From NCBI GenBank assembly GCA_029953675.1, contig JAMWBK010000006.1:2356001-2420000 (forward strand): a stretch of 64,000 bases of DNA, read 5' to 3'. Each line of letters starts with the position of its first letter. Position 1 is the stretch's first letter. Below are positions 27,741 through 41,727 of the stretch, one piece after another. The translations under genes and the position numbers were made by a program. The DNA comes from Rhodosorus marinus CCMP1338. Taxonomy: Eukaryota > Plantae > Rhodophyta. Under the pieces are notes generated by a model, which saw nothing but the letters and a program-made list of their open reading frames with translations, was not told where the DNA came from and did not search any database.

Positions 27741-29449
27741 CTAAGCCTCCGCTTCCTGGGGTTCAGAAAGAAAATGAGAAAGCGTCAGCAGGCAGCAAAT
27801 AGAAGTGGACAATTTGGTTGCTCCCAGCGACTCACTATTTCTTCTTTGCGAACAGCATAGTCCTTTGGAAGATTATAGGTCCCGTGGCACCTGCTCTCCC
27901 ACTGATCAATTGTCGTCGTATGCTTGAGAATGGACTCAAGCTCCTCGAGTGTGCAGAAGTCCTTGTTTCCGCACTTGTCAATCATTTTTACATATCTGAT
28001 GTGAACAAACGGAGAAGCTGTTTAGGAGCTTGTTATTCGATGTAAATTACGCCAAATGATGGGGCTCACCGTTCGTTTAAACGAAACATTACATAGGTAT
28101 GCCCGTTGCTGGTTCTGTACAGCTCTATGGCCAGATTGGCACCCATGGGACAGATCGTTCCTGTTGAACAAAGCTCGTCCTGACCCTCGACTCGTTCGGT
28201 TTTACCCAGCCCCAGCAGCAAAATAAGAGGCATAAGCGTCTCGGCATGAGCTACGCGGATGTCTGTCTCAGTACATTGCCCTTGCGAAGCTTGAGAAAGA
28301 CACGCTTTCATCGATTCAATAATATCTATGAGCAGGGGAGCAGCTACCCAGGGAAACCGCACAGCTGCAGACTTGAAGGACTCTTGATCTTCAACGAATC
28401 TCTCCACCTTCAGGGCATCCTTTTCTCCAATCAAATCGCAGAAATGGCTGTTCCTTACATCCCGCGCGACATCATACATGCATGAGTGCAGAAAAACTCT
28501 GGCCATGGACGGCTCAAGGCGATTTCTCAACGAAAGCGCCTTAGCGACACGCTTTGCTAATTCCCTGTATGGGGACAAATCCTTTTCTCTCGCGATCATC
28601 AACGTCGCACGGTACTCATTATATGGAGCACATTCAAAAAACCGTAACGTGCTATCCCTCGGGTCGCGTGGATGTATAAAAACTGACTCCGCGAGCTCGG
28701 CTCCTTGAGAACCTCCTCCATACCAGTTGGAAGCAAATGACCTAGCGGACTCGACGGCTCTCTCCTTGAATGTGGACTCCACTCGTGCAGAATGTAGCCC
28801 CCCGTTCACACCGTAGAGATTCCAGAATCTTGCTCCAAGATCCTTCATTTGCCTTTGGATATGAACACAGAAGCCAGGTTTTCGACAGATTCAGCGCAGT
28901 TTAGTGCCTTTAGGGAAGCTCAGAAGCTCAGACTGTAGGGAGAAATGCGGCTGACCTTGCACCTCTTTCAGTAAGAGCTCCAGCCAGCTCCATCGTGTAC
29001 GGGTTGGAGAGATGGAAGAGCCACGCAGGCGAGTGGGATGTTCCCGTGCGGATGAGCGCCTTATGCAGCTCCGCAATTTTATGTACGTTCTTCTTCGTCG
29101 GGAACCTGCATCCATGCCGCGCGAGTATATAGACGTACAGCAACGTACCGTCGGGATCTAGCGGTGCTACCTCATCCGGGGGAGAGTATATGGACTTGGT
29201 ACCAAAGTGGTCTTCCAACTTGAAGGGTCCGCATGCGCTTGACCGTCGGCTCTCAATATTCGGTTCTACGTAACGCTGCGGACTTAATGATCGAAGTAGG
29301 GCTATGAATGAGACCAATCCCAACGCGGATACAATGGTCACAAAATGCGTGGCAGTGAGCGAGGACTTCCTGGCACGGGCCCCAGAAGCTTCCCCGCGCA
29401 CGGGCGCCCTTCTCCGAGGTCCTGTACCCTTCTTCCAGAAACTCGACAT
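27741..29449 (-). CDS. MINPP1: Histidine acid phosphatase, MINPP1/phytase-like, with N-terminal membrane anchor
   Basis: RHGCRFP catalytic motif, G.LT.RG, LRFFECAPY, acid-donor HAET, PMGANLAIELY. Basic N-tail plus TM (FVTIVSALGLVSFIALL). The 3' terminal exon (stop at 27741) is inferred from a gtgagt...cag intron. Confidence 0.85.
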
Positions 29450-31531
29450 TCTCTGCCTCACCCGGTAGTCCTTCTCACCACCCCATGTATCCCATACAAA
29501 CCAATCCGATTCCATGTCCCTTTCGCTTAGTCAAGAACGTTCCCTAGTAGAGGACCTCTAGCTCTCCGTCATCAAACAACAATCTTGGATTGAAAGCGTT
29601 TTCACTTATTCGAAATACCAGCTTCATTACTACTTTGAAACTGCACGCAGATCGATTTGCCCACGAAGACCTCAGTAATTCTTTGCTCGGTGTGAATCGG
29701 TTGTCCCATCCTCCCCCAAAAAACTTTCTCACTTGGTGCCTTGTCCAAGTTCACAACCCCCACCCCCTTTTCCGAAATTATTTTGAAGATTCAGATCTGG
29801 CACGTTCACAGACCGGCAGACCGGGGGGAGGGGGGGTGAAGATTGGGGACTGAACTCCAATCCGCATTCCAACTCCAATTATAGACTCCCATCCGACTGG
29901 CTCCCCTCCGGACAAAAAATGAAGAAATGCCATGAACTTCACCGGATATATATTTTTGAAAAAAAGGCAAAATTGTCAGGTGTTGTTCATGACCTGCTAG
30001 CCAACGGTCTTAGTTGACGAGATGGCTTGCGTTTGGTTTGGTCGTATGACCAGTTGTAGTGTTTCTGATGGCCACAGTCTGCTGCTCTAGAGCCCTGCAG
30101 ATATTACTGGAACGATGCTTAAGGGCCTGTGTCTTCTTGTGTGAGGAACCCGGTTTTTGACTACCTGGTTTCGTGTTCGAGGGCACGGGTGCGATTAAAA
30201 GCTCCAGTTGAGGAAGTCGGTAACTTTGCCGGGGGTACTGGTATGTTGAGGGTCGGCTTCCGATGGAGCATGCAAGGCTGTTGCTGGGGACTCCAGTGGA
30301 TGCCCAAAAGTTTATTTTGCTGGGATTTGCCTTTGAAAGATCTCTCACTCAGGGGTTACTGGTCTACGCCCGGATTTATGCCTTTGTTCCTCGCGTTAAC
30401 CCATAAATCTTTCGGTTTGGAACAGTTTTGGGTGGGCAGCAGCGCATGTAGGCAAGAACAAATCACAAGTAGGCGCGAGAACCAATACGTTTTACCAAGA
30501 GAGTCTGGAAAACCTAGCAGGGCGCAGTACCATGGTTCACGAGCCAATAGACCTATGTGAGAACAGTCTAACTCAGGCTAGACCCAATAGGAAGCTGGAA
30601 AGCATTGCCTACGGCCTCTCATCTCTCTGTGACAATGCCCGCCCGGCATTTGTCGTTCATCCTACCCCACCGCGAGTCATCGTCAATCGCTGTGGGAACG
30701 CATAGGAAATCGTCAATGGCCTCAGAACCAACTGATTTCTTATGCGCTATTAAGAAGAACAATCATCTAGACGTTTGAAGGAAGTACTGAACCTTGCCTT
30801 CCTCGATCTTCGGCTGTAGCGCCACGGATGTGTCAATCTTTCAGATTGTATTGATTGTTCAGACGCAGTTTTTTTGAAAATCTGTAGGAAAGAACAGGCT
30901 CAGTTTTTTCCCGGAAATTGGAGAGCGACTGGAAGCGGCTGGAGGCATGCTTGAGAAATGGCCCTTGCTGGTTCAGTTGCTTGTCAAAGCTATCCCATGA
31001 CCCCGTAATAGTGCCCGGTATGAGGTGCTAGCTTATTTCTTCCTTAGGACATTCTGCTGAGGTGGAAAACTCCTCCTGTGGCTGTGCTTCGGCAGGGGGC
31101 AAAGCAGCTGACGATGTACGATGTACACACAGCTCATTTCTTTTATCCGCAGCGACACCTTTTTTGTTTCCTTGGCTGGACTTTGAAAACGGTCGAAAAG
31201 AGGCGGGAGGGCAGACTTTGGCAACTTCAGTTTATTTTTGTTTTAACAACTACTGCCCTTGAGGGTGAGCCAGGCCGAAAAATTCATTGGGGCTTCCTGT
31301 TTTGGTGGTCGGCAGCTCTGGGCTTAAGATCACGCTTTCTCGGTTTTTAGGGAAATTCACAATGGGGCTTGGTGGGAAGTGGATTTGACTGCCTTTGGGA
31401 GAGTGGGCGGTGTGGTCAATAGGATTATCTGGCCTGGAGTAGGGCTGTTAGCTCAAGAGGAAACTTCGGGGGTGAGCTTCTGTGAGCAACCTGAGGTGTG
31501 TCTAGGAGCACGTCGAGAGGAGGACTTGAGA

Positions 31532-32483
31532 ATGGGCTTGCTTTTTGTGGCAGGAGCGATCGTTCCACACAATGGCTCTCGCGGAGCTCGTGTCTGCGCG
31601 CACGGGGGCCGAGGTCAAACAGGAGGTTTCTTAGCGCGACGCCAAGTGGAGATGAGCCTGCGGTCTACCTTCGACAACTCTATAACAATAAGTGGCAAAG
31701 TTCCAGGTAGTCGTTCGCGTCTAACTGAGTTTATGGTCTCCAATCCTGAGGCCGTTATCACTGCCTGCTGGTCAGAAAATTTGATTCAGAAACTTGGAAA
31801 CGGGGTCTACAGAACCTCCCTGCCGCCGCTGCAGTTTCTCCACTTTAAGATTAATGCGTCTGTGGACGTGAGGTGAGCTTTAGCCTTCCTCTACATTTCA
31901 ATCCCAACGATTTCGTATTGTGGCCGAGTGGCGCTCACTATTCGCTTCTTTTCTCCAACAAAACAAAGGGCTCAATACGATGAGTCCATAGACGGAATTC
32001 GGCTGGTGTCCGTAAGGTCGCTTGTTGAAGTCCCTCGCTTAGGCTTGAACGAGCACACCTTTAACATGAAGCTGACCGGACATTTGAGTCCTATTGAGAA
32101 GGGACAGAGAACGGTACGTGCTGATCAGAACAATTTCATCGTGGGGGGACACGCAAGGGTTCAGGGCTGACGGGCGACTAGCATACTGGTGAATGCACTC
32201 GGTTGCTTAGAGCTGATTCTTTCGTTTCGCATTCTTGCCCGAGCAGCACTTTGACGGTTCGGCAGACTTGGAGATTTCGCTAGATCTCCCTCCGCTTTTG
32301 CGCTTGATGCCCAAATCTGCGATCAACGCCGCCGGAGCTCAATTGACCAACGGCGTGCTGAGGTCCATGCGACATAACTTGATCCAAAACTTCACAAGCG
32401 CGTACAGATCGTGGCTTCAAACACGCGAAAAAGGGGACTCACTGAACTCTAAGAAACCGCAAAGCTCAGACTTGAGCTTGTAG
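31532..32483 (+). CDS. DUF1997-family (cyanobacterial-type, START/SRPBCC-like) plastid-targeted protein, ~3-4 exons
   Basis: Transit-peptide-like MGLLFVAG. Then IQKLGNGVYRTSLPPLQFLHFKINASVD and LEISLDLPPLLRLMPKSAINAAGAQLTNGVL...Y.SW, the typical DUF1997 layout. Confidence 0.75.
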
Positions 32484-33403
32484 CATTGTGTAATGGAATG
32501 GCGTGTACATGAAGGAATTTCCGAAGTAGGACGGCAAGCTCGGTAGCAATTTGATTACGTGGATACTCAATGGCTCAACTGCCAGCTCAAATAGAAGTGT
32601 AAATTAAGGAAACATCTCAATTAGCCTTTCTTGCCGGCCAGTATTAACATTTGCACCTGCTCAAAGGGTAGTACATTCTTTGGCAGCGTTCTCCAGGCCA
32701 GACTTGGTGAACGACACCGACCTTCGCGCTAGTTAAAGCAGTGTTTTGCAGCGTGTTGAAGCCCATGAATATTCGAGAAACCTGAAATGCAGATTGCCAC
32801 TAGATACGTTTTGGCACCATTATGAACTAATCCGAAAATCTCGTAGACGCTTCCACCAGCGGGTGTCGCAGCAATCAAAGCCGATAAAGCTCTTTGAGGA
32901 CGGGTGCACCAAGAAGCCGCTCAGTAGGAACTCTGTACATGAGCCTTGACAGCCTGTCGCTTACGATTTTTCACCTGCATAATTGCCAGGTGGTCGAATC
33001 AAACCTTGCCAACGTGCATGGGCGCTGACGTTGCAGATTTCGATCAGTCGTTGCCTGGGACTCCTCGATTAGATGTTTAGACTACCCTCCGATCGGAGGG
33101 TCACAAATCTTACGATCAACTGCTTAAGATCTGATTTTCCGTCCTCGCCGAAGCCCTAGCTTCAATAGATGAGTGTGGACTCCTAGTGGTCCATACTCAA
33201 GATTGTCACACGCCAAGCTACCCAGTGCATTGATGTAGTTTCTAACGGGGGCACGGAGAGTCCTGCGCCCGTGATAGTTCGGCATGAATAGAAGTTCCGA
33301 TCTCTTGCGCCTGTTTGAAAGATGATCGTTTCAGGCTGAGTGGACTGACAGCGATTGCACTGTCTGTACTTTCCACTTGGTACTGTTTGTGAGCGATTCA
33401 AGT

Positions 33404-34504
33404 ATGCATATCTCGAGCACGGAAGTAGACTACATTGCTCTAGGTGCCTCCTCTGATTTTCGGGCGGACGGGAGGCACGCGTTCGAGTTTCGAGATGTTA
33501 TTGTAGAATCTCATCTAGTGCCGTCAGTATCAGGTATGATTGAATTGAGCGGCATGTTCTTCTTCTCAGCTGCTCGTAGACGATGGAGTTCGGCAATATA
33601 CACTGAAGACTGAATGCGATCGCGTCCTTGATGCACTTGAAAGGGTCCTCTAGAGCGCAGGTTGGAGGAACGGACGTGTTGGTATATGTTAAGGCAGAGC
33701 TTGGTCCAGCTCAGGGCAAGAACGGCACTGAAGGTGTGATTACATTTACCGCGCACTACTCCAGCGTAACGGGCTTGGACAATGAAGTGCGCACTTCCAA
33801 TATGCTCAATGCAGAGCTCGAAGAGTCGTTGAACCGCTTGTTCTCGGAAAAACAAGCTGCGAACCTGGAGAGACTTTGCTTGCTGGAGGGACGGGTTGCG
33901 TGGACCCTTCTCGTTGACGTGACAGTTCTGAAAGCTGATGGCAACGTCCTTGACGTTGCCTCGTTTGCAGTCCGAAATGCTCTGCTTAGTACACTTGTTC
34001 CACATGTGGAAGTGATTAGGTAAGTTTGAGGGATGTGGTCACGCAGAATACTCCGCCACAGCCAAAATCATTATCTGTATAATTGAATTCGTTGCCTCTT
34101 TCGCGGAAATTACGTTGGCAATACCACGCCAACTTGAAACCAAATTTCTGAATCTCAGAGGCGAAGAGGGCGAAGCGGATGAAATTGAGGTTGACGACGA
34201 ACCTGCATCAAGAAGGCTTCTACTCGAAGGAGACCCCCCGGTGTTTATCAGTGTGTGTTTGCTGGGGTCGAAGTGGATGCTGGATGCCTCTCAGGACGAG
34301 GAGGCAAGCATGACGTCAAAGTTGAGCGTGGGCGTGAACTCAAGCGGAAAAGTCTGTGGGATCGTGAAGGCAGGAGAGGGTGCCCTTGAGTGGGATGGAC
34401 TAGGAGATACGCTGAAAACAGCGGCGAATATGGGTGTCAAGATCATTGAGGGTTTGCGAAAGGTACAAGCCTCACGGGCAGAGACAGTTGGATTTTTCGC
34501 GTGA
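33404..34504 (+). CDS. RRP42: Exosome RNase PH-like subunit Rrp42 (EXOSC7), 3 exons
   Basis: MHISSTEVDYI..G...DFRADGR, GSSRAQVGGTDVLVYVKAELG, LCLLEGRVAWTLLVDVTVLKADGNVLD...ALLST.VP, LDASQDEE, K.GEG.L. Confidence 0.9.
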
Positions 34505-34612
34505 GGAGTATGCCTCTGACTAGTACTGGTTGTCCTTCATTTGAGCGAACGAACGAACTCCACACCGGCCGACCTGACGATAATATTGATTTTAGGCCGG
34601 TGCTGAAGCTTT

Positions 34613-35081
34613 TCAGAAAAACAGATAGTGCTTGTTTACAGCCTTCTTCACGTCCCACATGCATTTCATTCCCGCCGGAAATGTGACCATATCCCCTGCC
34701 CCGAACGATACCGGTTCCCCGCCCTCAGGAGTAACTGTCACATTGCCATCTATCAGCAGGCATCGCTCGTTTTCCTGTTTGCAGAGAAGGGAATAGTTTA
34801 GAAAATCTCTTGGAATTTGTTCGGATCCTCTGCACTGACAGAGTCCCAGGTTGTATCTGTGCAGTATTGCTGCGTACACTGTACTCCCATGGAAACGTGC
34901 CCGTTTCAGAAGACCAGACCGGCCAGGACCGACATCCAAATTTGTTGATCGTCGCCTCATCTGCTCCCCGAACCACCTCGATTTGCTTGGCCATGAACAC
35001 GCGAGAACGCTGAACCTTTGAGATTGAATTTGAAACGCCCTTCCTCCCTGTTCCCAAACTAACAGACGCGAACCCGAGCAT
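34613..35081 (-). CDS. DUF861 (cupin_3) small cupin, probably plastid-targeted, 2 exons
   Basis: GCRSWPVWSSETGTFPWEYS|ENERCLLIDGNVTVTPEGGEPVSFGAGDMVTFPAGMKCMWDVKKAVNKHYLF. N-terminal MLGFASVSL transit peptide. Confidence 0.88.
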
Positions 35082-35630
35082 CCTTTCTAGCCTAGTCTTT
35101 ATGCTTCCGACGCTGCCTAAACACACTGCACACACACTTGCTATTGCTCTCTAGCTCGCTGCTTGAACCCGGCATCGGATCACGTACCCGGGCCAAGAGC
35201 GTTGACCAGCTGCGCCATAGAAACCAGACAGTCTGGGCTTGCCGGTCTTTTTTGGACACCTACGCAAATGGTCGCTTTCGTATAGTTTTAGTTGGGGGGG
35301 TGGACGGCGGGCCGCGTTTTTTTTTCTATTTGCAGCGTTTTGCTCATTTCTTTTAGGTCTCGTGGACAGAATCCAGCTGGGCCGATCAGCCCGAGACAGT
35401 CGCATAAACCGTGGAATCGTTTGCCCGTGCTCCTCAAAAGTCCAGATGAATCCGTGACGACCGCTTGAATTCTGTCCATCGCTGCCGAGCAACTCCGAGA
35501 TTTTGTTATCGGGCGAGTAACAAGTTAGCTTCAGTTCGCTTTTAAGGGGGTCAGAACGAAGAAGATCTGGGGCCGTCGACGAGAGAGGGAGTCCAGGCGG
35601 GGGAAAGCGTTTGCTGCTGCTAGAGGCAGA

Positions 35631-37295
<1,665 letters not shown>

Positions 37296-38499
37296 GCGAG
37301 GACCATTAGGCAGCAACCAAATGTTAATATTCCTAGTAAAATTTGGAGCGAAGATGGCCCCGGATCGTCGTGTCAAAGCTTCGTCTGCATACATTTCCTG
37401 CCACCATCCGTCCTAAACAATCAATTTTCGTCTAAGGCTCTCTGCGGTTGTGTGCAACCTCACTCCTCCGGATATTGGCGAGATGCAATCGCCACTTGTG
37501 GGATGTCCAACTATCGTCGTGAGGAGGACGAGCTGGAGCTTTCACTAGACGATCTGAACTGAGGCATGTGGCTACAGATAAGAATCGTATTACATCGACC
37601 CAAGCAACCCGGCCATGCCTAGCAAAAGCTCGGCTGATGGCTGCGTCATGCGTCAGCTCATCATTAAGAGCATATTGCAAATTGGAAAACCCGCTTTTGA
37701 AAGGTCGTTGCGATCGTCTTTCTTCAGGCAAAACAGGACTGTTGCTTGGGTCTATGCCAACTCCTATATTCAACCCTGCCGGAGCTCCGTCCAGTGGTAC
37801 CTGGAAAGCATTGCTCGCCCCACTACCCAGCTGTCGTGAGAAGAGGTCGCGCAAGGTTTGTGTAAGCCTGCCCCGGACTAATTTAATTAGGGACAGCCTT
37901 GACTTGTTTCCAGACCACTAGCCTCGGATTCCCGCGTACATGTGAATATTAAAAGTCGAGCAGCTTCTGAACCACGTCTCTGAGAACATACGAGCACGAC
38001 GAAGTGCAATTCTGATTGACTCCTAATCCTCAAAAGCCTTCGCTTCAGTCATTTTTGATGGGTTCAATCATTTTTGATCCAGAATTTCCGTTCAAACGAG
38101 GATGGAAATATCTTGTTTGTCCTGAGCTTTTCAGCCGCACTGGTTGTGGCCGGAAGAGCAGTTGTCCTTGACTTGTAGTCTGTTGGAGCAGTAAACTATA
38201 TCCCGAGGAAAACTGCTAGTAGAAATATCTTGACCCTGAGCAAGTTTCGGATTGAACCGTGGGAAGATAGGCAAGAAATTCATTATTCAAAAAGAAGTGA
38301 TTCAGCCAATAATAAGACGCTAATTCATTTCCTCCAGGGAGTATACCAATCTGTTTTCGACGTCTGGCCTCTGTCCCCATCGGAAGCTGTGGATGACCTC
38401 CGTTGCCTCAGTTGTGGCTGGTAAGTGCCCGCTGGAATAGCTCACTTTTCTTGCCCCATAACTCAGATAAAGAGCAAAGCTTCTAAAGCAACGCAAGAA

Positions 38500-38532
38500 G
38501 TGAACATTTGCGTCACATTTGTGTCACATTTG
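38500..38532. repeat. 11-bp tandem repeat x3 (GTGAACATTTG CGTCACATTTG TGTCACATTTG)
   Basis: Read directly from the sequence. Confidence 0.85.
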
Positions 38533-39433
38533 GGACTGGGTAGAAGATAATCTAGACGCGTTTGATGCGAAATCCAGATCGAACTAAAAAAGTATTTAAT
38601 ATTCCGATGCCTAAAATTCACATTTTCCTTCAAATCTATTCATTTTAATAATTTAAGGACCAGCTTGGAAACGGAGGCTAGCAACTGCATGTGAACGGAA
38701 AAGTTTCAAATAATCATGAGTGAATTGCTTTTGCGTTTGCGAATTGCATCTGAGGCATGTTTTTTTCTTTTTGGATGAGGTTCGGACTAAAAGTTTTGAG
38801 AAAAAGAAGGGCCCAGTGTTTCCCCGGTTTGGCGTAATTGGGTTCCCCCCCCCCTATGAATAACTTACTTAATCCAATTTTGTTTTATTTTGATCATATT
38901 GCTTTGGTAAAGGGAGGGGGGGTTGGGGGTTAGCTGCTAATTCTCACTTATGAGTGGGAGAGGAGATATCGCACACCTTGTCCTCGATTTTCTGTGGGTA
39001 GGGAACCCCGTTTCAGGCGAGCCAGTAGTATGTCCATGATTGGAATACAAAATATGCCAAAGGTGGAATGGAATGTCTTGACAAGGTCCCAGCAGGTATT
39101 AATGGTAGAGTTAGGGGCAATTCCAAATCTGTGCGTGACAAGGTAGAAGCTCGCGGCTTTGTTGTGATTGGTGAGAGTATATTGTAGCGGGGACTGAGGT
39201 CGAGGATTGTGCAATAACAGCGAATAGTTTGGAGAGGCATTTCGAGGTCGAGCAGAGCCTGTACGGAGCGAAGGTGTACGTGAAAGGGTTTGAATTGAAG
39301 TTGTTGAGTCGTCAAAGGCCAACTGTAGTAGTGATATGAGATCCTTGAGATTTAAGACGGAGATTTTGGGATGGTAGCGAGATGTGGATGGAGTTGGAAA
39401 GAGCCACCAGAAGTCCGCTCAGAAATACGGAGG

Positions 39434-41727
39434 ATGGCGTTTGTAAGTACTGGGCGCCCGAGTTTGCGACAAGGAGCAGCCACAGCCGTCTCGAAGCGCG
39501 CAAGAGTCAATAGGATTGCCACAGCACGGTGCTTGCAGGGGCTTCCCTTTGGCCACTATGCTGGGCTTGCCGAATCTGGACTTGCTTCCGGAGACGTTTT
39601 CAGCCCACAAGGAACTAAGAGAGAGGTTATAGAGATACAAGTGGAGCTGCCGTTGGGTATTGTTCTCGCGGAGGTTTCGGGAGGAATATACATCGCGGCC
39701 GTCAAACCTGGCGGAAACGCGGACATAACAAGCAACGGGAAAGTTAAGGTTGGAGACCGTATCGTTGGGACAAGCGCAGCTTTTGGCTCAGCGACCTGGC
39801 CCTCTCTGTCTCTCGAAAGAGTACTTATGGCACTAAAGACCCGTTATAAAGGTGAAGTCACTCTGCTAATTGAGAGAGCGGGACTAGCACATGATATATA
39901 CGAACCTAGTGTTGAGGATGCTGCTGATCTTGCGAAGAGTGCAGTCGTCCTCTGCTCAAACAAGAGTGAATCGGAGGAACAAGTTCGCAATGCGTTGAGG
40001 AGTTTTGTCGAGCTGCGCAGCGCTGGACTATCAGCCATTAGCACGCTTACGTTCCTCCTACAGCGCAGCGCGGAGCTGCTGAAAAAGTACTCGAAGGAAA
40101 GGGGTCACGCGGTCTCGGTTAACAGCCTCTATGGCAAGTTGAAACGAGCTGGTGTACCTTTGGACAACAAAATCTACAATTTGTTTATGACCGCTTACAT
40201 AAACACCAAAGCGCCAGAGAAGGCGATTAATATCTTCCAGGAGATCGGCTCGCCGAATATGGAGTGCTACACGTCCTTGGTTAAGGCTTACAGGAAACTG
40301 AATAGACTCGATGATGTCCAGGCAGTTAAGTCGCGGATGGAAAGAGACCGCGTACCGTTGTCTGTGATGACGTACAACACGATCCTGTCTGCGTATGCGC
40401 AGAGTGGAGACGTGGAAAATGTGGAGAATTTGTTTCGGGAAATTAGCGCTCGCCATCTGATACCCGACACTGGCTCTTGGAACAATAGGATGAACGCGCA
40501 CTTCAAAGCGCATAGAGGGCGCGCCAAATTGGAAAAGGTTCGAGATGTTTACAAGGCAATGAGGCTCGGGAATGTAGCTCCGAACAAGTTCACCTTCACG
40601 ATTTTGGTAAGCGCATGCGTCGGATGCGGGGAATTAGATCTGGCTGAAAATTGCCTGGAGGAGATGGCAGATGCTGGGGTTCAGCCAGACACATTCATAT
40701 ACAACAAAGTGATTGAAGGATATGCGGACCATTTGAGATATGAGTCCGCCTTGACACTGCTAGAGAAGATGAATGCTGGCGGAGACGTTCGTCCGAACGA
40801 GTACACATATGGACAGACTATTCGAGCATGTTCTGCTGCTGGACATGAGGAAATTGCGCACTCGCTGATAGATTCCATGCGTGGTCGTGGATTCAAACCC
40901 AGTGCACAGGTGTACGTTACTCTGCTACGCGCATACGCCAAGCGAGGCAACATCGTATCTAGTTTCCGCGTCGTGCAGGAAATGAAAGACGCAGGCTTTG
41001 ATCCGGATGTCCGAACAATGAGTGCCCTAATGCATGCCTGCGTAGAGTCTGAGGATGGAGCTCTCGCGGTGTCAGTCTATTCTAGGATGGTGCAATTGAG
41101 AATGAAGCCTGACGTAGTGTCCTATACCACTCTTATCAGGGCATACGGAAAACGTGGGGACACGGAAATGGCCTTGAGAGCGTTCAACGCAATGAAGAAG
41201 GAGAGAATCGCGCCTACCGTGACTACTTTTAACGCGCTCATTGAGCTTGCAATGCACGGAAATCAAACTCAGCTCGCCCTAGAGGCACTGCGGGAGATGA
41301 ACAATACTCCCAGGGTGACCCTCAACCGAAAGACTTATGAACTACTATGTGATTCGAGTTGTTTCGAGAATTCCCCAAAGGACTACGTGGAATTCTTAAT
41401 GGAGGTGCTGAAAGTATTGCAGGAGAGTAAGATGTACGGGAATGGGCAGTTGTACTGGTGAGAAATTCTTAGAGGATTATTCAAATCTCAACGGTCTCAC
41501 AAGCAATGAGATTGCTGATTTTTTTTTGTTTTCTTCCCTGGTCGCACAGTGAACTCTTGAGTGCCTGCTCACTTGCTTCGGACTCCATCTCCGCGAAAAC
41601 AGTTTTAGAGCACAGGCGAACTGGCGTTTTCAATATTAGCGGCAAGGACAAGGCTCTCGCAAGCAAAGCGGAAGAGCGGGCTGCTGTCATTAACCGGAAT
41701 GTTGCGAAGCTGCGCTCCTTCGTCTAG
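39434..41727 (+). CDS. Plastid-targeted P-class PPR protein (~11 repeats) with an N-terminal PDZ domain, 2 exons
   Basis: MAFV transit peptide. PDZ-like LPLGIVLAE...VKPGGNA...VKVGDRI...V.LLIER at ~39629-39877. Tandem 35-aa repeats (VMTYNTILSAY...LIPD, VVSYTTLIRAYGKRG...IAPT). The intron gtgaga...cag at ~41456-41549 extends the frame to 41727. Confidence 0.88.

Noticed and set aside
30010-30560. KLLGIHW resembling a BEL/Pao retrotransposon motif
   Set aside because: It is an isolated 7-mer with no RT, RNase H or integrase motifs and no LTRs.
38049-38078. TCATTTTTGAT direct repeat (19-bp period)
   Set aside because: Two copies of a low-complexity 11-mer, likely slippage.
38948-39322. 124-aa minus ORF with a hydrophobic patch (TOM7-like impression)
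   Set aside because: No ATG start or convincing motif. It is explained as the antisense of the G/T-rich PPR leader.
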